Positions 8,490 through 16,720 of a DNA stretch of 64,000 nucleotides are shown in pieces. Origin of the DNA: Lentisphaeria bacterium UBA1724 (GTDB lineage: Bacteria; Verrucomicrobiota; Lentisphaeria; Oligosphaerales; Oligosphaeraceae); assembly GCA_002315885.1 (NCBI GenBank), contig DCIO01000110.1, positions 201 to 64,200 of the forward strand, in the 5' to 3' direction. Within the stretch, counting starts at the first letter, position 1, and each line of letters starts with the position of its first letter. The notes beneath the pieces were generated by a model, which worked only from the letters and a program-made list of their open reading frames with translations, ran no database searches and was not told where the DNA came from. Position numbers and translations under genes: made by a program.

Positions 8490-10352
8490 TCAATTTGGAT
8501 TTCGGCGTCGAATGGTTTTCCAGATGATGAGGATGGTAATGGTGAGGAGGACCAGACTTCCCGCCATGCCCGTCGAATAGTGGTTGGAGAGATTTATGCA
8601 GTCATCCCAGTGCAGGACGGCGAGGAGTGCCAGGAGAATTCCCATGATTCCTTCGCCCGCAATCAATCCTGAACAAAGGAGCACGCCCCGTTCCGAGGGT
8701 TCATTTTTTCCGTCAATCATGTGTTTTAGTAATCCGCCGATAAGAATGGGTGCGGTGGATGCCATCGGCAGGAATACGCCAATGGCAACGCCCAGTGAAG
8801 GAATGCCCAGCAGTTCCATCGTCAGGGAGATGGCGGCGCCCACAAGCAACAAATCCCAGGACATCGTGTCCTGCATGACGCCCTCGACCACCAATTTCAT
8901 CAGATGGGCCTGCGGGGCTGGGAGTTGCTCGGAGCCGAAGCCCCAGGCTTTGTCCAGAAGAAGCACCACGCCACCGACGCAGCAGGCAGCCCCTAGAACG
9001 CCAATGATCTCGCCGATTTGCTGTTTTTGGGGCGTCGCTCCAAGCAGGAACCCTGTCTTCAAATCCTGAGAGGTGTCTCCCGCAATGGTGGTGATGATGC
9101 AGCACATGGTGGCGATGGCCATGGCGGCAATCATTCCCTCCGTAGGTGACAATGAGGTCCGTTTGAGAATCGACGCGGCAATGAGCAGTGCGGCGATCGT
9201 CATTCCTGAACAGGGTGAGTTGCTGGCACCGATGATGCCGACAATGCGCGACGCCACCAGCGAAAAGCAAAACCCGCAGACTGCAAAGAGCAGTACACCG
9301 AAGCAATTCAGCGGAATTTGGGGCAGGGCCGCCAGCAAGACCAGCACTAGGACGATCCCCGCCACAAGAAGCCGGTTGTCCAGATCCTTGTCGGTTCTGG
9401 CATCCTCTTTGTCTCCTGCTTTCAGCCCTTTGAAGGCGCCTGCCAGAGAGGCTCCGATGAGGGGCATGGCTTTTATCAATCCCGTAATGCCCCCGCAGGC
9501 GACTGCCCCCGCGCCAATGTATCGGATATAGGTGCTCCAAATGGCGGGTGCGCCACCCTGTTCGTAGATGGAGGCGATGGTGGAGCTGCCCGGAGCAATC
9601 ACATTCTCGCCGCCGAATTTGACAATCAGGGGAATTAGCACGAACCAGCTCAGAAAACTCCCCGCGAAGAGTGTGGCAGATACCTTCAGACCGCAAATGT
9701 ATCCCACGCCTAACAGGGCAGGGTAGGGCTCCATGGCGAATATGGTCTGAAGTTTTTTGACGGGAACCACGACGGCGGACGAACAGAGACGCAAGCCGTC
9801 TATCAGCAACTTGCTGACGGCACCGAGTATGGCACCAATGAAAATGGCGGAACCATTTTGGGCTTTGTTTTCCGCGGAGAGCAGGACGACGGCGCAGGCG
9901 CGTCCCTCGGGAAACAGGAGCCGTTCGTGTTCCGTCTTCACCAGGAAATGCCGTAAGGGAATCATGAACAGCACGCCCAGGACGCCACCAAAGAGCGCCA
10001 AAAGGGTAATGGTGCTGAAGGGCTGGGGCTTGGTGACCCCTTCCTGACTCCACAAGGCAAAGACTGGCACCGTGAAGATCACGCCCGCCGCCATGGACTC
10101 TCCCGCAGAGGCGATGGTCTGAGCCATGTTGTTCTCCAAAATGGATTGCCTGCGAAGCAACACACGAAGGATGATCATAGAGATGACCGACGCGGGAATA
10201 GAGGCGGATATCGTCATGCCGATACGCAATCCCAGATAGGCATTCGCGGCTCCAAATACAACGGAAAGAATTACGCCAATGAGGATTGACGCGACGGAAA
10301 ATTCACGTTGGTTTTGGTTGGATGAAATAAATGGATGTGAGTCAAAATTCAT
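8490..10352 (-). CDS. OPT-family oligopeptide transporter
   Basis: 620-aa polytopic membrane protein. The N-terminus (REFSVASILIGVILSVVFGAANAYLGLRIGMTISASIPASVISM) is typical of bacterial OPT transporters. Confidence 0.85.
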   Translation of the reverse strand: MNFDSHPFISSNQNQREFSVASILIGVILSVVFGAANAYLGLRIGMTISASIPASVISMIILRVLLRRQSILENNMAQTIASAGESMAAGVIFTVPVFALWSQEGVTKPQPFSTITLLALFGGVLGVLFMIPLRHFLVKTEHERLLFPEGRACAVVLLSAENKAQNGSAIFIGAILGAVSKLLIDGLRLCSSAVVVPVKKLQTIFAMEPYPALLGVGYICGLKVSATLFAGSFLSWFVLIPLIVKFGGENVIAPGSSTIASIYEQGGAPAIWSTYIRYIGAGAVACGGITGLIKAMPLIGASLAGAFKGLKAGDKEDARTDKDLDNRLLVAGIVLVLVLLAALPQIPLNCFGVLLFAVCGFCFSLVASRIVGIIGASNSPCSGMTIAALLIAASILKRTSLSPTEGMIAAMAIATMCCIITTIAGDTSQDLKTGFLLGATPQKQQIGEIIGVLGAACCVGGVVLLLDKAWGFGSEQLPAPQAHLMKLVVEGVMQDTMSWDLLLVGAAISLTMELLGIPSLGVAIGVFLPMASTAPILIGGLLKHMIDGKNEPSERGVLLCSGLIAGEGIMGILLALLAVLHWDDCINLSNHYSTGMAGSLVLLTITILIIWKTIRRRNPN

Positions 10353-10472
10353 AGGAAGTGCCTCCTGGCTGTACGCCTGAGCCCGCCACGCATGTATTTA
10401 ATGCCTTAATATATCAGTGATATTCCGAATTGTCCTTCATTCTGGCTTTCGGGTTATTCCAGGTGTAGCCAG

Positions 10473-10594
10473 GTTGAAAAATCTTGAATTCGTGATGATT
10501 GTCTAGTTGAAAAATCTTGAATTTGTGATAGTGTTTGGGTTGAAAAATCTTGAATTCGTGATAAATTCATTGGAAAGGATCTTGAATTCGTGAT
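10473..10594 (+). repeat. Four 24-bp direct repeats at exact 33-bp phasing (iteron/operator-like) upstream of the AAA-ATPase gene
   Basis: GTTGAAAAATCTTGAATT[C/T]GTGAT at 10473, 10506 and 10539, plus a degenerate copy tGgAAAggATCTTGAATTCGTGAT at 10571. The array ends 18 nt before the ATG. Confidence 0.85.
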
Positions 10595-10612
10595 TTTGAG
10601 TAGAAGGATGTG

Positions 10613-11965
10613 ATGAGAAGGAAAATTTATAATCTTCTATTAGACTGGAAACAAAATGATGCTGCAAAGACTGCTCTTTTGATTGATGGAGCCCGTCGTG
10701 TAGGGAAAAGTTACATTGCTGAAGAGTTTGCAAAAAAAGAATATAGTAGCTATATCCTGGTTGATTTTAACAGGGTTGACAAGGGAGTCAAGGATTTATT
10801 TAGTCACTATTTGAATGATCTTGACACTTTATTTTCTTATTTGAGTGCGTTTTTCAATGTTTCCTTGATTCCTGGGAAGTCGTTGATTATTTTTGATGAG
10901 GTTCATTTGTGTCCTCGTGCGCGTTCAGCGATCAAATACCTTGTGGCTGATGGCAGGTATCACTTCCTGGAAACTGGTTCTTTGATGTCAATAAAATCCA
11001 ACGTGGCTGATATTGTCATTCCTTCCGAAGAACGTCATGTAAAAATGTATCCTCTTGATTTTGAGGAATTTCTTTGGGCTATGGGGAATGATACGTTGAT
11101 GCCCTTTCTTAAGGATTGTTTTTTGGCACATAGTCCCCTTGGCAATGTTCTTCATCGGAAGGCAATGGATTATTTTCGGCAGTATTTGCTCGTGGGTGGG
11201 ATGCCACAGGCTGTGCAGGAATATATTGAATCGCGGGATTTTGTTAAAACAGATATTGTGAAACGTGATATTTTGACACTTTATCGTTCAGATATCATCA
11301 AGCATGCCAAGGGATACGAAAGAAAAGTTGAGTCAATTTTTGACGAGATTCCTGCCCAACTACAGCGCCACGAGAAAGTTTTTCGTCTTTCTTCCATTAG
11401 TAAGGCCACTCGTTTTCGGGAGTACGAAGATGCTCTATTCTGGCTTGATGATGCCATGATTATCAATAGTTGCTATCGAACCACAGAGCCGAGTATCGGA
11501 TTGAAACTAAGCCAAGAGATTTCAACTTTGAAGTGTTATATGGGAGATACAGGTCTTTTGGTCAGTCATGCTTTTGATGAAAAGGCGATTGTAAATGAAG
11601 AGATATACAAGAAACTTCTCTTTGGCCGACTTGAATTCAATGAGGGGATGATTATTGAGAACATGGTGGCTCAAATGCTGACGGCTGCGGGAAATAAGTT
11701 GTTCTTCTATTCCAACTCTAGTCGAGAATGTGCCGCCGATCGTATGGAGATTGATTTTCTGATAGAAAAATCAATCATTACTAGCCGACATAATATCTCT
11801 CCCGTTGAGGTGAAGTCTGGAAAAAACTACTCCTTTTCGTCTTTGCAGAAATTCTGTCGTAAGTTTGCGATGCAAGTGGATAGACCTTTGATACTTCACT
11901 CAGGGGACATCATGGAGAAAGAAGGTTACCAATGTATCCCTCTATATATGACACCATTCCTTTAA
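10613..11965 (+). CDS. AAA+ ATPase with DUF4143-type C-terminal (PD-(D/E)xK-like) domain
   Basis: Walker A DGARRVGKS, Walker B IIFDEVH. C-terminal EIDFLI...VEVKSG nuclease-like motif. GAAGGA lies 5 nt upstream of the ATG at 10613. Confidence 0.8.
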   Translation: MRRKIYNLLLDWKQNDAAKTALLIDGARRVGKSYIAEEFAKKEYSSYILVDFNRVDKGVKDLFSHYLNDLDTLFSYLSAFFNVSLIPGKSLIIFDEVHLCPRARSAIKYLVADGRYHFLETGSLMSIKSNVADIVIPSEERHVKMYPLDFEEFLWAMGNDTLMPFLKDCFLAHSPLGNVLHRKAMDYFRQYLLVGGMPQAVQEYIESRDFVKTDIVKRDILTLYRSDIIKHAKGYERKVESIFDEIPAQLQRHEKVFRLSSISKATRFREYEDALFWLDDAMIINSCYRTTEPSIGLKLSQEISTLKCYMGDTGLLVSHAFDEKAIVNEEIYKKLLFGRLEFNEGMIIENMVAQMLTAAGNKLFFYSNSSRECAADRMEIDFLIEKSIITSRHNISPVEVKSGKNYSFSSLQKFCRKFAMQVDRPLILHSGDIMEKEGYQCIPLYMTPFL

Positions 11966-11975
11966 TTTCAATGGT

Positions 11976-12012
11976 CTCCCCCGTTGTGCTGCGGGGGAGG
12001 TGCCTGTTTTTA
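11976..12012 (+). terminator. Rho-independent terminator of the AAA-ATPase gene
   Basis: CTCCCCCG-ttgtgctg-CGGGGGAG, 8-bp stem, followed by gtgcctgttttta. Confidence 0.6.
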
Positions 12013-12084
12013 TCATCTTTTGATAATCATCTTATGATAATTTGATAACGGCATTCTGAATTGTTTTTGATTCTGCGTGCTGCG

Positions 12085-15000
12085 TTATTCCAGGTATAGC
12101 CAAGCGAAGCGTGAGGGATTTTTGCCGTAGAAGATCCCTGGTGTCCATTCGATATATCCGTCCATGGAGTTGAGTTTTGCGACAGGTCTGTCTGTGGTAT
12201 CCATATCTGGGACGACGAACGAGATGCCGTATGTATTTTCGGCCGTTGGGTTCGGCAATCCGATGACCTTCCATGGGACGGAGAATTCCATGGTGATGGT
12301 ATCGCCATGGATGGTCTGTGCGGCTTTGGTGAGGTTGAGTAGATGTGCGAGATTTGCCCAAGTGTATACGAATGCGCCGTTGTCATCGCATCCCAGTGCG
12401 AATTCGTAGAGTTTACCGATGTCGCTTGCCTTCATTGCGGGTCCCTTTTCTCGGATGGAGACCTGTATGGCGTCTCCTTTCCAGATATCGCCGGTCTTTT
12501 CGGGATTGACATGGATGTCATCTCGGACTTGTGCCGCGATATAGAGGCATTCTTCATCCCATGCGAATGCCACTCGTGCGGAGAGGTCGGAATTTCCGCC
12601 ATACGGGTGTGTCTTGTAGATGATGCGGCGGGGAGTATTTTCGCCCACTTGGACGAATTGCCGTCCTTCCCAGTCCGATAAATCGCCGTCGAGAACGATT
12701 CCCGTGGCTTTTGAGGCGTGGTATTCTGGGCGTGGGGGCTGGATGGAGGTGATGGCCTTGACTTGGGAGAGCACCAGCATGGCGGAGAATTGGGCTTCCT
12801 CCAGTTCGGCGTCCTTGTCGGTGATTAGCGTCAAGCAGGTGGAGCGGCTGGAATTTGGTGCGACCTCTTTGAGGAAGAGGGTTTCCGCGCCTGCGTACGG
12901 TGTGGTGCAGCCTTCGGGAAGGGATAGCTGAACCTGCAAGTCCTGGGAATGAGAGGTATTGTTTTTGACGACGACCTCGCAGGGGAAGGAATCGCCCGCA
13001 AAGATTTGCTCGGGTAGTCTCACTTCCACTTCAAAGGGATCCGTTACCTTGAAGCGCATGGGTAGTGTCAGGGCGCCGTCATGCTCTGCAAAAGTGATGC
13101 GTGTGGTGAAAAGTCCGCCGTTGGTTGCCAGGACTTTCTGCGCCATCTCGAAAGATATTCCGAGTTTCGCATCAATGACGCCATTCTGGGGGACGACCGT
13201 CATGCGTGTGGCATTCTCTGCATCCAGTATTGCTTCGATGGTAGCGTCGGTCTTGAAATTGCCTTTCAAGTGGAGGTCGATGACGGGATTCTCACCTGTG
13301 ACCAACTTGACAATGTCGGGGGCTTCCACCTCGCATTTCACATTGCGCAACAGGAGGAATTTCTCCGCCGCATTCCTAAGGCGTTCATCCTTGGGGGCAT
13401 TCAGCGTCTCTCGCGCGGATTTCTCCGCTTGCGTGAGCACGTCCTGGTTGTCGGCGGGAACGATGTGCAGGACCGCGACTTCCTGGGGTAGGAGGGCGGT
13501 CTTTCGGCGGGCACCGTTTGGAACGACCTCCATAGGCGCGCGACCATTTTGGGTGATGAGTGTCAGCAGGACGTCCTTGCTGTTATCCAGTTTCGGCAGG
13601 TTGTATTCCAGGGGCTGGACTTCATCCGTGTAGTTGACCAGATAGACGCAGAGCTCGCCTTTGGCATTCTGCCAGTAGGTGCCCTGGAGGGCAGGTACAT
13701 TTCCTTCGGAGGCGGGGTAGCTCTTTCCAGGGCGGAAATTCCAGGTCTCGTGGACGAGTGGCACTGTGTTGAGAGGCGTGATTTCGCCCATCAATTCGCC
13801 CAGTGAGAGGAAATCCAGTGTGGCTTCGCGGAGTTTCGCCAGTTGCATCTGGTAGTTGAAGCGGTGTTCGAAACGCTTCCCCAGTAGGTAGTCCACATTC
13901 CAGCCCAGTTGGGTTCCCCAGAGGAATGCCCGTCCCTGGATCATACGGAATGCCTGGTCGGTGTCTTCCGGTGTGGTGGTGCTTCCGAAGTAGTATGTGT
14001 ATCCGGAGTAGATTGCCGCCAGGAGGGGGACATCCGTGTCATGGAATTGTCCCCATGTCAGGAAGGCATGGATGTTATCCATGTAGCACTCGGTGGTGTT
14101 TTCCGTGGTGAGGAATGCGTTGTGTTTTGCGGCTTCCTGATTGATTGCGCTAAGCATTTCCCGATAGCCGTCCACCCAGTATGTGCCGCCACCGAGGGTG
14201 TGCCCGTGTTCGGGGTTGTAGCAGAGGGCGGGGGCGGAAGCGCCGATTTGGTCCAGGTAGATGGCATTGAAGTGGCAGTCATTGAGCATCCAGTCGCAGA
14301 CTTCCAGCATTTTCTTCTGCCAAGTCTCGGAGGCGGAACACATGGGTGCCTGGCGGCGCTGGGATGGATAGATTTCCACGTAGGTCTCGCCCTTGGGATC
14401 CAGGCTGGCGCCCGTAATGCCCTCGGTCTTGAAGGAATCGATGTCCAAATCCCAAAGACGACCATTGATATAGGGCATGCAGATTTGACCGCGTGCCGCA
14501 ATCGCCTGGGCGGTATCGGGGACGCCGGGCTTGGCGGGGTTGTATTCGGGATAGTAGGTGTCGAAGGGGATTACATGCCAGTCGTACCAGTGGACACCGT
14601 GCTTGACGGGACAGCGCTCCATGGCGGTCTGCATGTATTTGGACATCCCAGGACCATCCTTCCAGGTCTGGAACCAATAGCAGATTTCCTGGATGGCCTT
14701 GGGATAATCCGGGTTCTCTCGGATGAGGCCCTGTTTTAGCCACTTGGCATTTTCCGCCGCCCAGGCGCGGTAGAGTTTTGCGGCTTTCCACCAGGTGCCC
14801 TGGAAGACTTCCGTGACGTAGGGGAAGGGTTGGTGGAGTCCCACGCCTGGTGTGCCTTGATTTTCGGCAAGGAGCGCGAAATAGGAATCGGGGTCGATGG
14901 TGAGGCGCATGGTCTTGGGGCGTGCCTCGCCGTCATGGCTGGCGAAATAGAGCCCATAGCCGTCCTGCATAAAAGCGAAGAACTGTGTGGGTGCGCCGCC

Positions 15001-16632
15001 GCTGCTGGGATAGAGGAATTCGTAGTTCGGGTTGCTCTTGCGGTGGAGTTTCCCTCCGGTATTGCAATCCGGAGTGAGGATGTCTGCTGCGCCTGGCGTT
15101 GCAACCTGGCTCAGGATGGGAAATTCGCTGGTCCAAAGACCGGATGCCGTGCTATGGTTGTCCACGGTCAGCATCCATTCGGCGCGGGAGCCTATGACAT
15201 GGATGGTTGCGGTCACGTCGGCAGTGCCCGTTTCGTCCACGGGCAGATTCTTCCAGGTGATGGTGATGGTGTCGCCATCGCGTTGAATGGCGGTGTTTTC
15301 CATTGGCACATCCAGGCTGCTGCGGGTGAAGGTCTCGTCGGAGGCCATGCCTTTCCTGAAATTGAGGCGCCACAACGGCCGCGGGTCCTGGCTGGCGCAA
15401 AAGATGGGGCCGCCTTTCTTGGAACGGATGCCATTGCAGGCGAAGCCGTGGGCGATGTCCGAAAAGGAGAGCACCAGGTCGTCGAACTCGAATACTTTGG
15501 CGCCCTGGAATTCGGTGGCCTTGTCGGCACTAAGGGCTGCAGTGCTTGCATCCGTGGTGTATGCCAGGACAACGGGTGCCTTGGCCTGGCTGAGGAATGA
15601 GGCATACCACTGGGAAGCCGTGCTGGATGGCCCCAAATAGAGCTTCGTGTCGATGGAAACACCGTCTTTGAGCTGCCAGACCTTGTTGGGCCGCAGGTAG
15701 TAGACGAATTGCTTCTGGGCATCGAAGCCGGTGGCAGGAGCAACCATGCCCACGGCGTCGTGGTCATTTTCCATGACAATCCATCCCTCCTTGAATACAT
15801 TGACCGCCTCGGGTTCCACAAGGCGATTGGGGAGGATTTCCTTTGCGTGGACGCCCTCCTGGTCCTCCCAGGCAAAGCGGTTGTATTTGAGGACATTGTT
15901 GGAGATTTGGCAGAAATTCAATTCGGGCCAGGTGTAGCCATCAGGGACGGTGCCGGTGAATTCCACTTGGACCACGGGGGAGAATGCGGTGTAGATGAAA
16001 CGGTAGTGGACTACGGGGGTTCCTGGCGCGTAGATGCCTGCATCGCTGATGTAGCCCGTGGTGGTCTCCACGACGGCGCGGAGGGGATTGGCGGAGACGA
16101 GGCGCGCGGTGCCCATTTCGTCCAGATATGCACGGTATTGCCCGCCCCGTTCTTTGCTGTGGAGTCGGTCAATGAAGGTGAGGGTGTTGTCGGTGTTCCC
16201 GCTGAAATTGAAGGAGAAATCCCGTGGCAGGCCGCCTGCGCCGAGGGTAGGGTGGTTCAGTGAGAAATACTGGTTGCGTATCTGGATGGTGCTGCCCTCA
16301 ACAAAGGCATTCAAATCAGTGGATAGGTCAGCGGGCACTCCTTCGACAAAGGAGAAATTGCGATTCTCTCCTGCGCGGACAATCCCAGACAGAAGGATGC
16401 TCAGGGTGGCGGTGCCGTCAGACTCTTCCGTAAAGGCATAGGGCGTGGACGCATTGGAGAGGGAATCTACCAACGCCTTCCCCTTCGCCTCGGAATATTG
16501 CTCGGGGGACAAACTGCAATTCACCACCAGGTTCGTGTAGTCAGAGGAAATCTTCTTGACTTCCACCTTGACTACGGCGAAGAGGCTACAGGCCAATAGG
16601 AGTAACACGGATAATGCCAGGAGTTTTTTCAT
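12085..16632 (-). CDS. Very large secreted multidomain protein; central DUF6259-like putative glycoside-hydrolase core, C-terminal CBM9/DOMON-like carbohydrate-binding domain
   Basis: 1515 aa with signal peptide MKKLLALSVLLLLACSLFA. Core motifs HWYDWHVIPFDTYYPEY, AIYLDQIGA, EHGH. C-terminal DGDLSDWEG...AFAWDEECLYIAAQVRDD. Function call from memory, tentative. Confidence 0.6.
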   Translation of the reverse strand: MKKLLALSVLLLLACSLFAVVKVEVKKISSDYTNLVVNCSLSPEQYSEAKGKALVDSLSNASTPYAFTEESDGTATLSILLSGIVRAGENRNFSFVEGVPADLSTDLNAFVEGSTIQIRNQYFSLNHPTLGAGGLPRDFSFNFSGNTDNTLTFIDRLHSKERGGQYRAYLDEMGTARLVSANPLRAVVETTTGYISDAGIYAPGTPVVHYRFIYTAFSPVVQVEFTGTVPDGYTWPELNFCQISNNVLKYNRFAWEDQEGVHAKEILPNRLVEPEAVNVFKEGWIVMENDHDAVGMVAPATGFDAQKQFVYYLRPNKVWQLKDGVSIDTKLYLGPSSTASQWYASFLSQAKAPVVLAYTTDASTAALSADKATEFQGAKVFEFDDLVLSFSDIAHGFACNGIRSKKGGPIFCASQDPRPLWRLNFRKGMASDETFTRSSLDVPMENTAIQRDGDTITITWKNLPVDETGTADVTATIHVIGSRAEWMLTVDNHSTASGLWTSEFPILSQVATPGAADILTPDCNTGGKLHRKSNPNYEFLYPSSGGAPTQFFAFMQDGYGLYFASHDGEARPKTMRLTIDPDSYFALLAENQGTPGVGLHQPFPYVTEVFQGTWWKAAKLYRAWAAENAKWLKQGLIRENPDYPKAIQEICYWFQTWKDGPGMSKYMQTAMERCPVKHGVHWYDWHVIPFDTYYPEYNPAKPGVPDTAQAIAARGQICMPYINGRLWDLDIDSFKTEGITGASLDPKGETYVEIYPSQRRQAPMCSASETWQKKMLEVCDWMLNDCHFNAIYLDQIGASAPALCYNPEHGHTLGGGTYWVDGYREMLSAINQEAAKHNAFLTTENTTECYMDNIHAFLTWGQFHDTDVPLLAAIYSGYTYYFGSTTTPEDTDQAFRMIQGRAFLWGTQLGWNVDYLLGKRFEHRFNYQMQLAKLREATLDFLSLGELMGEITPLNTVPLVHETWNFRPGKSYPASEGNVPALQGTYWQNAKGELCVYLVNYTDEVQPLEYNLPKLDNSKDVLLTLITQNGRAPMEVVPNGARRKTALLPQEVAVLHIVPADNQDVLTQAEKSARETLNAPKDERLRNAAEKFLLLRNVKCEVEAPDIVKLVTGENPVIDLHLKGNFKTDATIEAILDAENATRMTVVPQNGVIDAKLGISFEMAQKVLATNGGLFTTRITFAEHDGALTLPMRFKVTDPFEVEVRLPEQIFAGDSFPCEVVVKNNTSHSQDLQVQLSLPEGCTTPYAGAETLFLKEVAPNSSRSTCLTLITDKDAELEEAQFSAMLVLSQVKAITSIQPPRPEYHASKATGIVLDGDLSDWEGRQFVQVGENTPRRIIYKTHPYGGNSDLSARVAFAWDEECLYIAAQVRDDIHVNPEKTGDIWKGDAIQVSIREKGPAMKASDIGKLYEFALGCDDNGAFVYTWANLAHLLNLTKAAQTIHGDTITMEFSVPWKVIGLPNPTAENTYGISFVVPDMDTTDRPVAKLNSMDGYIEWTPGIFYGKNPSRFAWLYLE

Positions 16633-16685
16633 AGGACGGATAGGACGGGTAGGACGGGTAGGACGGGTAGGACGGATAGGACGGG
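16632..16685. repeat. Tandem nonamer array (TAGGACGGR) x6, abutting/overlapping the start codon of the 1515-aa gene
   Basis: taggacgga taggacggg x3 taggacgga taggacggg read directly. In the sense of the minus-strand gene this reads (CCCGTCCTA)n followed immediately by ATG (16630-16632). Confidence 0.9.
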
Positions 16686-16720
16686 AATTGAGAATTGAGA
16701 ATTGAGAATTGAGAATTGAG
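16685..16720. repeat. Tandem heptamer array (GAATTGA) x5, directly 3' of the stop of the 860-aa gene
   Basis: gaattga x5 read directly. The stop codon (tta on the plus strand) is at 16721-16723. Same unit in the same gene-relative orientation at 48651-48686. Confidence 0.9.

Larger units (their letters stand above)
10453..12104. mobile_element. AT-rich single-gene cassette bounded by 21-bp imperfect direct repeats (putative insertion; no recombinase seen)
   Basis: GTTATTCCAGGTGTAGCCAGG (10453-10473) versus GTTATTCCAGGTATAGCCAAG (12084-12104), 19/21 identical. The interior is visibly AT-richer than the flanks and carries its own repeat array, gene and terminator. Confidence 0.4.

Noticed and set aside
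10473-10594. Possible mini-CRISPR array (regularly spaced 24-bp repeats)
   Set aside because: Spacers are only 9 bp. There are four repeats, the last degenerate, and no cas genes or leader. The exact 33-bp phasing directly in front of a start codon fits iterons or operators better.
12027-12409. Small ORFs at the cassette/1515-aa gene junction (12027..12386, 12032..12361, 12164..12409)
   Set aside because: They overlap the C-terminal CBM9-like coding region of the 1515-aa gene in other frames or on the other strand. There is no independent support.
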